Assembly (NCBI RefSeq): GCF_009834535.1
Contig: NC_045696.1
Span: 114,888,001 to 114,952,000, forward strand
DNA: 64,000 nt
Source of the DNA: Camelus ferus
Taxonomy: Eukaryota
Direction: 5' to 3'
Shown: positions 1-12,155 of the stretch, piece by piece
Position numbering within the stretch: position 1 is the first letter of the stretch
How the letters are laid out: every line of letters begins with the position of its first letter
Translations under genes and position numbers: made by a program
Notes under the pieces: model-generated
The model's input: only the letters and a program-made list of their open reading frames with translations
Told to the model about the DNA's origin: nothing
The model's database searches: none

Positions 1-99
1 ACTTTCCCATGTAAACACTTTTTTATTTTTATTCCATTAAGAAATAAAAACTGACGTGGTATATGAAAAAGGTGACAGGATACTCAGTCCCGTAAAACT

Positions 100-256
100 T
101 GATCTCTCAGGAAGCCCAGTCTGTCCACTAACTCATTCTGTTACTGGAAGTGAATCATTTTGCCTCTCTAGGCTCTAGCTTCCTCATTTGCAAAATGTAG
201 AAGTCTACAGTCACCAGATGATTTAAAATGTGCCCTTGGATTCATTCTAAGATTTC
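100..256 (+). mobile_element. MIR/MIR3 SINE remnant
   Basis: Degenerate MIR core: tttgcctctctaggctctagcttcctcatttgcaaaatg. Confidence 0.55.
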
Positions 257-338
257 CAAGAAGTGTATCCTTTTTTGGGGGTAATTGATTTCATCTTCTT
301 TTGGGTCCACAATTTATGGGCACAAGAACACTGCTGAC

Positions 339-362
339 TTTTTTTTTTTTTTTTTTTTTTTT
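339..362. repeat. poly(T) tract
   Basis: Uninterrupted T run. Confidence 0.95.
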
Positions 363-529
363 GCGCCAGAGAATCCTTTCTGTGGTTTATAACCGAACTG
401 AAACTTTGCAAAACTTACATCCTCTTATTGCTTTTTTTTTAGAAGCTACAGTTGGCAAAACCAAATGTGTCAGTTTCTATTCTGATGTTGCCAGTCTTCG
501 CACGTTATAAACAGCACTTACAGCAAAAC

Positions 530-682
530 GGTTTAGTGTGAGAGTAATAATATGGTATTTTTCAGTCGTTTAGATTAAATTTTAAACCCCATCTCTGCTG
601 CTTGCTCCCAGTCTGCCAGCAGATGTGTTATTTCACCTCTCTGAGGACACCTAGCACACAGACTGGCACATGGTACCCGCTC
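530..682 (+). mobile_element. MIR remnant (internally deleted)
   Basis: ttatttcacctctctgagg followed by cacctagcacacagactggcacatggtacccgctc (MIR 3' end). Confidence 0.5.
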
Positions 683-1559
683 ATGGAACTGACATCCCTT
701 TATTTTTGCTTTTTTATCAGCATCTTACATACACAGTCATGAAAGTCTAGATAGATAAAAAGATCTCTTAATATATCTCATTGTCTTGTACTTTGCTGTA
801 ACCTAAGCATTTGTATTCATTACTTCATGGTAAATTTAGGTGCTTTTTAATTGTGAAAAGCTTTCAGAATACGGCTAGAAACGACAGTAAATTATTGATT
901 TTTCTAAAAATGGTAGTCCAAATGGAACTTTATTACTTATGAACATTAGGATTCAACAAAATCTCATTTCCTCTAAGCTTCTATTAACATCAAGCTAATG
1001 CACCTGAGAAACCATAGCATTAAGAGCTTTGGGGGTGGCCCATCTCTAACAAACCCCATGCATCGTACACCTGAGCATCTGTACTCAGTGCAGTGTTGCC
1101 TGCCTTCCCATTTCCCATTTCACTTATTACTAAAATCTCTAGCACAACACTCCAAGGCTTATTCCTGAAAATATCTTAAAAGCTGACATTTAATATTGAA
1201 AAGTTTTGATAAAGGGCACTTACCAGACTCTCTGTTCTGTGACCTAGCATTTAAGGATTCTACAGCCAGACCCCAATCTGTTTATCCTTGTCATAAAAGC
1301 TCCCACTGGTTGCCAGCGTAAACACGGGGCTTCTAGCCTTTCCACGGACCCCCATCAGGACACACTGACCTTCGCAGGTATCTGGGATTGGGTCTCCATT
1401 CACTCCGACCATCTGTTGGTTTCCCTCCTATGCTTCAAGGTCCACTGCAAGTCCAATGTCTTCCATAAACCCCAGGATGACAGCTTACCTTAGCGTTTAT
1501 TGGGTGTGGACACCTGAGGGATCATTTCCATTTCTACTGAGTTAGGTTTATCACTTCAT

Positions 1560-1800
1560 TTTGTCTATCCTTTTAAGCACTTGTCATTACTCACACTTTT
1601 CCTATAAATCCCAACCTCTCTGGATAAATCCAGGCATCTCCTTCTTCAATTCTTATATCAAGAGTTTGAGACAAGCTGAGGAATCTTGCTCATTCTGGTT
1701 GACTAATTTCACTATAACAATCTGATCATTAATCGCAACTTATATTTTTTTTCCATTATGTCAAAAATCCCTTTACATTAGCCATACCTGGTCTGCTTCC
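1560..1800 (+). mobile_element. L2 LINE ORF2 remnant
   Basis: cccaacctctctggataaatccaggcatctccttcttc...cactataacaatctgatc resembles the L2 ORF2 PWIN...ADW..YKFM segment. Confidence 0.45.
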
Positions 1801-2021
1801 TTTCTCATGGACCACGTGTCTGTTCCAGGCTTTCAGCACTCTTCCACAAGTCATCACTCCCTTTTCACAAAGTATGTTCACTGAGATATATTTATATATG
1901 TGTGTAAGCACGCCGTGATGACAACGGTATGACACTGTCCATATGATTCTGTCATTTGCTGTTTTACTTAAAAATTATCATGATACATTTTCCCACATCA
2001 GTTGACACAGTAGCAGGAATA

Positions 2022-2425
2022 TTTTATGTATTTGTTTATTTTTATTGAAGTGTAGTCGATTTACAATGTTAGTTGCAGGCATACAGCAAAGCAATGCCAT
2101 TATACATACACATACATACATATTGTTCAGATTCTTTTCCATTATAGCTCATTACAAGATATTGAATATTTTTCCATGTGCTATACAGTAGGTCCTTGTT
2201 GTTTATCTATTTTATATATAATACTGTGTACCCGTTAATCCCAAACTCCTAATCTATCCCACCTCTTATCCCACTGGTAACCACAGTTTGTTTTCTATGT
2301 TTCCTATGAAACTAGAGATCATATTAAGTGAAGTAAGTCAGACAGAGAAAGACAAATATCATATGATATCACTTATATGTGGAATCTAAAAATATGATAC
2401 AAATGAATTTATTTATGAAACTGAA
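2022..2425 (-). mobile_element. L1 3' end with 5' inversion (twin-primed)
   Basis: 2041-2300 is the antisense L1 3'UTR (ttattgaagtgtagtcgatttacaatg...ctatacagtaggtccttgttg). About 2306-2425 is the upstream L1 segment in sense orientation (ctagagatcatattaagtgaagtaagtcagacagagaaagac). Confidence 0.9.
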
Positions 2426-3091
2426 TAATAAACTAAAGCCTGAACAGCTTTACAGAAAATAATTCAAATGTTACTAAGCCTGGCGGAGGGGTGGGAAAAA
2501 AATGAATAACGTGAGTAATAAAATGGGAATTAGGAAGAGGCTAGGTGGGAAGATATAGCTGAATACTTGCTAACTTTCTCATTTTCTTCACTTTATATAA
2601 TGGATGAGACTAAAATTTATTGTTGAAGTCACAAAGCGTTTCAGCCTCTTAGTACTTTTCAAAATGTTTTTACTCATAAATAGACCTTTTAATAATACCC
2701 TTTGTGGAAAAGAAATATTTGTCTGAAGTTCCGTCATTCTATTTCACTTTGATTTCTGTCACTTTTGGCAAAATCAACTGAAATAAATTTAACATATTTT
2801 ATTCAAATTGCATTTTTATCAAATTATTTACAACTATTTATGTATCTAATGACAGTACATCCTTTAAAATTTGTATCTATATGTAGGTTGATGGCCAGGT
2901 TGATTTTCACACATTAAAAGACTACTTTCTGAGCTTTAAATGGTAGGTGATTTGGTCTTTTTAAAGAAGTATGCTTCATTTTTATGAAGAATGGTAGAAT
3001 AGTAAAGTCATTAGTCTTAAAACTAAATAAATGATTTAGACACAATTGAATGACTTTTTTCCTTGGGGAGATTTTTGAGTTCTTTATTACA

Positions 3092-3442
3092 TGTGATTGA
3101 TCCTATCACATGGTCCCAAGACTTCAATTCTCCCAGTATTCACTCTCCTGGTCACATGACTTTACATCATCCTCCTGCACTGGGGGGGGGGAGGGGGGAG
3201 AAGCTATGATCTGCCTGCCCCTAGACACTGGGCTCAATATGTGACATGCTTTGGGCCATAAAATGTGCACAGATGTGTCCCCATCAGACACACGATATGA
3301 GCTTGTGCATGAATGTTGTCCTGACCAACAGAGTTGCCAAACCCTCAGCTGACTCTAGAAAAGAGAACAATAAGTACTTGTGCTTTGTACCACTTGAGTT
3401 TGTTTGTTACACAGCATTGTTGTGATAACAGTAGCTGATACA
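3092..3442 (+). mobile_element. MLT1-family (ERVL-MaLR) solo LTR
   Basis: TG...CA ends; typical 3' end gagtttgtttgttacacagcattgttgtgataacagtagctgataca. Confidence 0.8.
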
Positions 3443-3599
3443 TTATGCTAATATGCATTTGCATTTATCAACTGTGTATTGACATTTGACTCTTTTCTGG
3501 TGGAGGTAAATCATTAAAGTGTTCCTCAAGGTATCAGATTAGAAAATGCTGGCCTATTGGTCAGAGTCCAAATCCCTGACAAGTCAAACAGGCCCTTTG

Positions 3600-4056
3600 C
3601 TGCCCATGCCCTTCTTATTTTTCCAGCTTCATTCCCTACATGACTTCACACACTTCCTTGTGTATTCCAAATATAGCACCTCCAGGACTTCAAAGATTTC
3701 TTCCCTATTATTTCTTCTTTATCCACGGGAATCTAACCTGTTCTTCTTAGAGGACTTAGCTCAAACAGAACCTCATTCGTGGGTATCTGTGCCTTCTCCT
3801 ACCCTTCCTAACAAAATCAGGCCTTTTCTTTTTCTCTGCATTTCCAAGCACGTTTGGCATTTCCTTTGGAATCCTTTTAATTACACTTTTGTATTTCTTT
3901 TGGTTTTACATGAAATTTTTTCTCACTAATATTTAAGCATTTGAATACCAGGATTCTAAAGTCATCTTCAGAACCCCTGGCCATTGGAGAGAATGGGCCC
4001 TTGATAACTCACAGATGAGTGGGTACATGAGTGTGTGAATGGATGAATGAATGAAG
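3600..4056 (+). mobile_element. L2 3' end
   Basis: gacttagctcaaac... ending in the L2-type tail gtgaatggatgaatgaatgaa. Confidence 0.55.
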
Positions 4057-4749
4057 CCATGCTCAGCACGATTTTACTCAGTTGTATGAACATATTTTAA
4101 ATTACAGAAACAGGTGAAGACACACCTTATGATTAAATACATAAAATAAGTTATAAATTACTAAAATTAGAGGTGTTTGCTACTTCTTTCCTGATTTTTT
4201 CATCTGTTTTAAATTTTTGAAAGAGTAACCTGTACTTAATATCAGATATAATGATATTGGGAGAGACAGGCAAATGACAAAGTGCTTTGACCTCACGTTT
4301 CCCTAGCCAGGCAGCAATCAGAGAGCCAAGAGTAAGATCCTGGATTTTCATTCACATTTTTATGTGCCTACAGATTTTCTCTGTGAGTTTCTAATGTTTG
4401 GCTTCTACAGAACATTGCCTCTGACAAATTTCCTTAAAAATCTATAATCAGGGTTTTTCTTCATTTTTTAGGCTAAGAATAAGGCTGTTCATAACTAATA
4501 CAATTTTGCAATGTTTCTTATTTCCTTACAATTTCAATGTATAGTAACCATGAATACATATGAAGAGATGCCTTGCAGAATAGTCTTTGTACTTTTAATC
4601 TGTTGTTTCTCCCTGAAGAATACATTTTATTTAATGACCAGAGAACCTCAATCTAATTGAAAACAAAACAAAATAAAAACATGGGGTATTTAAATCTCTT
4701 CATTTAAAAAAGAAAGTAGATTTGCTTTCTTCTTTCTTTTTTATGAACA

Positions 4750-5470
4750 TGCATGAAGTTGGTACAAATAATATGTTTTAAAGTGACAATAATAAGCATT
4801 ATAATTGCTTACATGAAATTAAAATACATTGTTCAAATGTTTTACATGTTGATTTCTATAGGAACATAAAAAAATATGCCTGTAAAAGCCAAAATGGTTT
4901 TGAATTTAGAAGTAAAAATTGTATACAGAAATAAAAGATGTAATTTGATGAAATATTAACTAAATATTTACTTTTAGCATGATTACCTGTGGAGACTTTT
5001 AGAGCATGCCAAAATAGGAAATTGGTAAAAACACAAATGTGTCAAAGATTAAAAGTGATTTTGCAGAATAAAAAATAAGAAGCAATTAAGAAGTCCTTCC
5101 TAACTTCTCCATTATAAAAATTACTTAATATGAAACTTCCAATAATTTGGAATTTCTTTCAAGTGAATTCATATTATCAATCAAAATGTCATATTTTATT
5201 AAATAAAATAGTAAATATGTATATAACTATATACGTGTGTGGGCATATGTCTATATACCATTAAATTTGTCTTTGCAAGCAAGGCATCAAGATGCAATAA
5301 AAGATGCCCCTACAAAAATGAAATATCAAATCATAATATGAACTCATCAAGTTGTATTTAGTTCCACTACTTTTACACCCCTCATCCAATAATCCTACAC
5401 CAGACTAAAGAAATAAAAATTTCACAAGAATGCCCAGAAAAAGAAGAAGACTTTTTGAGAACTTCTGTAA
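4750..5470 (+). mobile_element. possible hAT-Charlie transposase remnant
   Basis: AT-rich; gattaaaagtgattttgcagaa...gaagcaattaagaag resembles the Charlie C-terminal dimerisation region; tttgagaacttctg resembles a hAT terminal inverted repeat. Highly degenerate. Confidence 0.3.
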
Positions 5471-6155
5471 GAGTCACTGGGGTAACATGAACCCCATCTT
5501 CATCCTAAATGGAGTGGAGGGCCCTTGTCCCTTTACCTTAGATGTAGTAAATGAAACCAGTTCTTGGAGAGTTCTCAGTTGACCTTGTGTTTATAACTAA
5601 AATAATAAGAGGAATTTTTACTTTTAAAATATCAGCCAATAAGTCAAGGGATGTGCTGGATTCCAAGATTTCTTCCTGAACTAAGCAAAAAATGGGCTTC
5701 CCCTGAACTTCATGAGAATATTGGCAAAGGAAAGCAAAGCTAAAATTATATTTCAGTTGTATCTGATTTGTTGTGTTTGTTTAATCTTTCCTTCAGAACT
5801 ACATATATAAAATTTTTGCTCTTACTTTTAACAGACCTTTCCAAGCTCTTGGCTTCACTAAACTCTTAATGTATTCACTAGTTTTATCACTAAGTAGGAC
5901 CAAATAGAATCTTGCACATTCTTCTTATAGAGGCTTTTTGGTTGTCCTAAGTTTTGATAGGTTTACTCATTTTCACTTAAATAACATTTAAAATAATCAT
6001 TTCATTACATCGAATTCACTTTAGGTGACTTCAAGACTAGATGAGCTGCAAATGATATAGAACTTAAACATCAATGATTCTTGGGAGATTAGTAAATCAG
6101 ATCTTAATTTTAGTACTTTGTTTTTTCCCAACTAAAATATTGAAATTTAAAGAAG

Positions 6156-6789
6156 TGTATCAGTCAGAATTCAGAAGATGAAAACACATTGGAATCTGAA
6201 CATCAAAAATTATGAGCTATGGCAAAGGGCCGGCTAGCAACGAATCAACAGAAGGTGAGGGGAATAGTAATAACAGATGCAGGAATAGGACCACGACCGC
6301 TGGGACTTAAACAGTGCCCGGTGGATGGAGCACGATTTGGAAGAAGACCCCGTACCTCAGACTAGGATGCAAACGTCACCGGAGAGGGCACAGCCCTGAC
6401 TGTCTGGATGGCAGATTTTTCTGAGGCTGCAAAGCCACTCACAAGGGTGCCAGCGGAAGCCACGCACAGGAGATGTCATGCCAGCAGCAGTGCCCCAGGA
6501 TCCACCTGAGAGGACTCCCGAGTGAACTCCCCTGAATGCCCGGAGTTGTCCCTGCAAAGCCGTGGGCGTGGCTGGAGCAGGGCGCTGCGCAGACGTGAGG
6601 TGCTTCCGGAACATACCGGGACCCAGAAGAGACCCCCATTCTCCTCTGTTTCCCTTAGTGCTGTCCACTGGCCAAGCTTAACACTGTGCCAACTGGCAAA
6701 GGACACGTGTTCCCAGGGTTGGCTCCACTGCCCTGGAGAAGGCAATAGATTGTGGATTTGCAACTGTGTTGCCATTAGGAATTCACACA
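6156..6789 (-). mobile_element. LTR41-like ERVL LTR (left copy)
   Basis: Begins tgtatcagtcag; contains ccaagcttaacactgtgccaactggcaaagg, a hallmark LTR41 segment; ends cacaca. Confidence 0.7.
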
Positions 6790-7257
6790 ATTAAATACTG
6801 TGCTGGATTTTTAGCAGTATCAGCCCTCTGGCTACAATAAAGAAAATAATTTTTCAAGGTAGCTCCCAGAGTCTCAGGATGTGACTTGGGCTGAGAGCTT
6901 GTCATCTTTGGTTTTTTGTTTTTTGGTTTTTGATTTTTTTTGCAGATGCTCAAGTGCACTTAGCAAAATCTATCCTGCACCACAGTCCTTGTGGTCATCA
7001 TTACCGCTGTGACGGTCAAGTGCAGCAGCCACTTGGGCTCTCAAGACACTTGCTTCAGTTGGCACTGCATCACTCTACACCACAGGTGCGGGTTTGATTA
7101 AGTGTGATGTCATTGTGTGCCCTGGCTTCCTAGAATTCCATTTGCCATTAGCAGGGAGCTCAGCACTGCAATCAGGTCCAAGGGCACAAGCAAACATCTC
7201 CCGAAGCCCATCTTTGCAGGTCTATTACCTGGGACCACTCCTGGGACAGAAAACCTC
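6786..7257 (-). mobile_element. ERVL internal fragment: leader plus degenerate gag N-terminus
   Basis: Minus strand reads ccaggagtggtcccagg (ERVL leader), then EASVLRAQVAAALDRHSGNDDHKDCGAG*ILLSALEHLQK (7056-6937) and YCSQRADTAKNPAQYLIV (6839-6786), matching ERVL gag motifs GWLLLSAL and CSQRADIAENQAQDLIV. Confidence 0.75.
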
Positions 7258-7838
7258 ATATAATTAGAACAGGAAAGGCTAAACATAAATATAAATATAT
7301 AAATACATATTAGTTAAAACAGAGGGTTGTGGTAATGGGAGACAGGCTAGTAATGATTAACAAAGAGTCTAAAAAATATAGGAGGAGTGCCCTTTACCCC
7401 TTAAGGTGAGATAGTGCAGCCCACTGGGAGATCCCCTTCCCCAAGGCTGAAATCTAAGCCTCCTTGGAAGGGATACACCTGCGGCTCATGGGAGAGCAAA
7501 AAGTTCACTGAGGTTCTGAGCCACCTGCAGGAGTTTAGAGGGAAGCTGCCCGCAGAGAACATGCCATGTGGCTGCCCCTGGAGCTGCTAGGAGCCCTGCA
7601 GCAGAAGCCACGCACCCCAGGGAATCCAGCTATGGACGAAACCCTGTACTACAAAAGCATGTCCCAGAACTCACCAGAATTTCCTCTTCTTGGGCCCCTT
7701 TAGCGCCCTCTGCTGACAAAGCTTAACATCACACCACTGACAAATGAGAAAAGTATTTACAGGGTCCATCACCATTATTTACGACAGGCAATGAAGGGTG
7801 GGTTTAGAATAGAAATATAAAAATTGTTGACTATCACA
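7258..7838 (-). mobile_element. LTR41-like ERVL LTR (right copy, 5' LTR)
   Basis: agcgccctctgctgacaaagcttaacatc...tttacagggtcc...ggcaatgaagggtgggttt...actatcaca, the LTR41 signature. Confidence 0.8.
7701..7718 (-). promoter_or_regulatory. CTCF motif within LTR41-like LTR
   Basis: Reverse complement TGTCAGCAGAGGGCGCTA is close to the CTCF core consensus. Binding is not shown. Confidence 0.6.
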
Positions 7839-8008
7839 GAATACAGTGATAGCCATTGGGATTATATCTTCAGATAGTTTTACCCAGCAAGTATGAACAC
7901 ATGCTCTAGTACGATGTGGAAAATGTAAGAGAGTGATGCATTTTTTTTTCCTAACAATAAACAAGTGAAGAAATCTATATATTATTATTAGAGCCACATA
8001 GACGCAAG

Positions 8009-8050
8009 GTAATAATAATAACAACAACAGCAGAAACAACAGCAACAGTA
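8009..8050. repeat. compound trinucleotide repeat (AAT/AAC/AGC)
   Basis: aataataataacaacaacagcagaaacaacagcaacag. Confidence 0.7.
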
Positions 8051-8550
8051 GAAACCAAAGAGAGAATCTTTGAGGAAAACTGAATCTATTCAATGCATAG
8101 GTGGCCCACCCAACATGACATTATAACAGATGTTTATAGGATAAAAAGAGGACACGGATGAACTGAACTTGGAAGGAACTGATAGGTTGTTCTCTGAAGT
8201 CACCTGAAGGGAGTTTCCAAGAATTTATTCAGCTTCATTCTTAGGTTTCATTTTGATATAGCTGTTTTACTCTTTTCCACATCTCAGAAATAGTAAGATA
8301 TATACAGATAAAGCATTTTAGTCTTTTAAGAAAACAGTCTGTTTGAAAACACTTTGGTACAATTAAAGGAAAGGATAGTGGTGTCTGGCATGCCTTCTCT
8401 TTGAACTTTGCAAATATAATGATCTAGCTAATCAACTCATACAACACCTAGATTGTAAAAAAATGTACATTTCCATTGGTTCTTTTAGCTGATCTGATCT
8501 TTGTTCTGATCCCTACCTACTGGTTAAAGGAAACAATAATACAACGTAAG

Positions 8551-9257
8551 TTTTTTTTCTTTTCCATTATAATTTATTACAAGATATTGAATATATTTCC
8601 CTGTGCTATAGAGTAGGACCTTACTGTTTATCTATTTTATATATAGTTGTGTGTATCTGTTAATCCCAAACTCCTAATTTATCCCTTCTCCTTTCCTTTC
8701 CCCTTTGGTATCCATAAGTTTGTTTTCTATGTCTGAGTCTCTGTTTTATCAATCAGTTCATTTGTATATTATTTTTCAGATTCCACATATAAGTGATACC
8801 ATATGCTATTTGTCTGTCTCTGACTTACTTAGTATGATCATCTCTAGGTCCATCCACGTTGCTTCAAATGGCGTTATTTTATTCTTTTATGCTGAGTAGT
8901 ATTCCATTGTGTATATACACCACAACTTCTTTATCCAGTCATCTGTTGATGAACATTTTAGGTTGTTTCCATATCTTAGCTACTGTAAATAGTGCTGCTG
9001 TGAACATTAGGTACATGGACCTTTTTGAATTAGGAGCTTTCTCCAGATATATGCCCAGGAGTGGGATTGCTGGATCATATGGTAAGTCTATTTTTAGTTT
9101 TTTAAGGATCTTTCATACTGTTTTCCATCATGGCTGCACTGATTTACATTCCCATCAACATTGTAGGAGGGTTCCCTTTTCTCCACACCCTCTCCAGCAT
9201 TTTTTACTTGTAGACTTTTTGATGATGGCTCTTCTGAATGTTGTGAGGTGATACCCC
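8551..9257 (-). mobile_element. L1 fragment (ORF2 C-terminus + partial 3'UTR)
   Basis: ORF 9094-9288 contains [13 protein letters not shown] (L1 ORF2 C-terminus). Flanked by imperfect direct repeats ataatacaacgtaagtttt / ataatacaaatgtaaatttt. Confidence 0.95.
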
Positions 9258-10424
9258 ATAATACAAATGTAAATTTTACAATGTACACCTTTAATGAAAC
9301 CTTTTAGAAAAATGTCCTTTTATAAAAACTCAATCCTTTTAAGTCCAGTGCTCTGTCTCTTTGCCCCTCTCCCCTCCTGTGTTCTTCTCCGGATGGTGTG
9401 TAGGTGTAAAGGCCAGGCAACTTAGTTGCAGTAGGGAAGGATGAATCTCAGTTCTCACTGGTCACTGTTTTCTGAATTCTCACTGGATCTTGCTGGGATG
9501 TTGTCTGGTTTTCTCCTCTTCCTACTAAAGTTTTGTCTTGGGTGTTTTGATGGAGCCCATAGTCCCAGACAAAATCTCCTCCTGAGGTGCCCACGCCTTC
9601 CACCTCCCAAGCGGCCGCTCCACCAGACCTCTTACCTTGGTGCCCATCCTCAGCCCAAGGGCATGTTTAAGTCTCTGCCACAGCAATCTCAGACCACAGG
9701 AAACTAGGAGCCTGGCCTCAGGTGCTTTCACGCACACCTTTGCCTGTGTGCCATGGTGGATGGTGCCGGGCTGAATGCGGACCTGAAAGTCGCCCAGCAA
9801 CGAAGGAAGCAGCTCCCCAGACTCACACTCATTGGAATGTGTCTAATGCTGCCACCTGTAAAGCCAGGATGGGAAGCAAATTGTCCAGAGCCCCCTCACG
9901 GGTTATCTCTTACTTCGTTTTCCTTCTTCCTCTCACAGAAACGCTGGGTTTTCTCTCTCTCTACCCCATGTGTATGTTGTACCCATGTTTACAAGCCTTG
10001 TTGCCCAAGGATATAATTTATAATTACATGAGGGAAAAATCTATGGTTTCTGGTTCTGATTTATTAAGTTAATTAAATTTGTAAAATCTTCTTGCTCTAG
10101 ACAAAGCCCTACTTCAATACTAGCTACAAGATTCTATTTTAGGTGTCAGAAGCTGATTATTAAGATCCCTTCTTTTTGCATGCCTGCCGTAAGCACCCTA
10201 AACTTTTCCAGTCAAATACATGCTACTGGGAGAAAAGCAAGAATGTGGATTAAAGGAAATATGAGAGGCAAGGGCCATTCACAGAGTTCAGAAACATTAT
10301 CCCCTTACCCGGGCTTTTGGATAATCACTGCCGTACCCTGCTATTTGGTTTCTGTTGTTTCTTACCTCACTGCTCTCGTTTCTTTTTCTCATTGTTAATA
10401 TATTGTTAATTTCTAACTCATCTG

Positions 10425-10886
10425 TTTTGTCAAATAGGATTCAGTTTGGTCTCAAGTGACAAGACTCAAATTAAAATAGTTTGAAAACAACTGGTGTTTA
10501 TTTCTGTCTCATGTGAAATAAGAGGTCCTGGATTTGTGGAATGGCTTAGAAATCACCAAGGATTCTCCCCTGTTATAGCATCATCCTCAATAACTAAGTT
10601 CTACTCCAAGGTCCGAGAAAAACTCCCTGGCTCCAGTAAGCATGTTACATTTCAGCCAACAGGACAGAAGCCAAGGAAGAGGAAAGCATCCTCTTTCCGC
10701 TTCTGGAATTTGTAGACCTCATTTTACTTCCTCTGACCAGATCCTAGTCACATAACATCACTATTTGCAAGGGAGACTGGATAATGTAATCTCTTTTGTT
10801 TCTTCTGGATATCCATGTGTTTCGCTAAAGCAACGAAGGGCTCCGAGGAAATGGATATTGGCAGACAATTAGCAGTCTTGGTCACA
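10425..10886 (-). mobile_element. MLT1J/K-like MaLR LTR
   Basis: ctagtcacataacatcactatttgcaagggagactggataatgtaatc and terminal ggatattggcagacaattagcagtcttggtcaca. Confidence 0.75.
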
Positions 10887-11297
10887 TGCATATTTTACAG
10901 ATGGTGGCCACCGTGATACAGCAGAATATTGTTTAATTTGACAGTCCAGCTTGCAGTACAAGACTTGTAATTGTCAAGAATGATTTGCGATATTCAAATA
11001 ATCATTGCTGTTCAAAGAATAGCTCACAACCGTACACTGTGTTGATGAACATCCTCCAACCAGAAAATTCCTAACACTAGCTCTGAACCATTTATTTGGC
11101 TTGTTAGATTAAAAGTAAGAAAGGAGACAAAAACACGTCCGCAAAGCAAGTAACTGCCTTTGGGAGCATTAGGGGGGAATGCAGAGAAACTTTAAGAGAA
11201 GGTAAGACCCTTGTGCTAGCTGTAGGAATACCATGTACTACAATAAGCAGATCTAACCATTTTTGTGGATCTATAGAGTAACGGTTTTGTGCGGAAG

Positions 11298-11500
11298 TAG
11301 GGACCAGCGCTTTTTTTGCAAAGGACCAGATAGTAAACACTTTAGGGTTTTCCGGCCACACAGTGTCTGTCACAACTACTCAGCAATGCCATTTTAGCTT
11401 GAAAGCAACCATGGATAATTCCTGCATGAGTGAGAATGTGTATGTTCCAGTAAATTTGCCCTTACCCAAACCGGTAGCTGTCAGGAGTTGGTCTTGACTT
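11298..11500. mobile_element. MER58A-like hAT-Charlie MITE
   Basis: aaaggaccagatagtaaacactttagggttttccggccacacagtgtctgtcacaactactcagc. Confidence 0.85.
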
Positions 11501-11719
11501 AATGTGGGTGTTTCTGGCAACGAGGTGGCTGAAATACTCTGTCTTCCAGAACACCCGATCTGCTGGGAGAGCACAGGCTGGCTGTGTGCTTTGGGGGACG
11601 AGGAATTCGCCTTGGTGAATGGCTGGCTCCTCTCTGCCTCAGCCATTAGTGTAACAATTCTGAACTTTAATATTATTTTGCGGTTTTAAAAACATGTTCA
11701 CGTATCTGTATGTTTCACT

Positions 11720-11850
11720 GAAACCTATGAATTAGAAGATTTGGTTATTAATACAATACTTTGTTGGAGATGGAGGATAAGTAGCTTGATCAAGGGAATG
11801 GAGCTATTAAATGTGAGAGTGTGGAATTAAACTCATATTCCCAAACCAGT
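11720..11850 (-). mobile_element. MIR remnant
   Basis: aagtagcttgatcaaggga...ggaattaaactcat. Confidence 0.4.
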
Positions 11851-11977
11851 TCCGTAGGGCACGACTTCCAGCATCTTAAATTAGAACCCACAAGTGGATG
11901 GACGGAAAGAATTTTGTGCAAATATATTAGTAAACTATCCCAAATTAACAACAAATTTTTAATAAAAGTTATTCATT

Positions 11978-12155
11978 GATAAACAGGTTTATACTGTAGA
12001 GCACAGGGAATTATATTCAATATCTTACAGTAACCTATGATGAAAAAGAATATGAAAAGGGATATATGTCTGTATATGTATGAATGAAATATGCTGTCCA
12101 CCAGTAATTGACACAACATTGTAAACTGACTATACTTCAACTAAAAAATAAATTT
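11978..12155 (+). mobile_element. short L1 3' end
   Basis: atactgtagagcacagggaattatattcaatatc...ttgtaaactgactatacttcaact plus A-rich tail; possible degenerate target-site duplication aaaagttattcatt / aaaactcattaatt. Confidence 0.9.
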
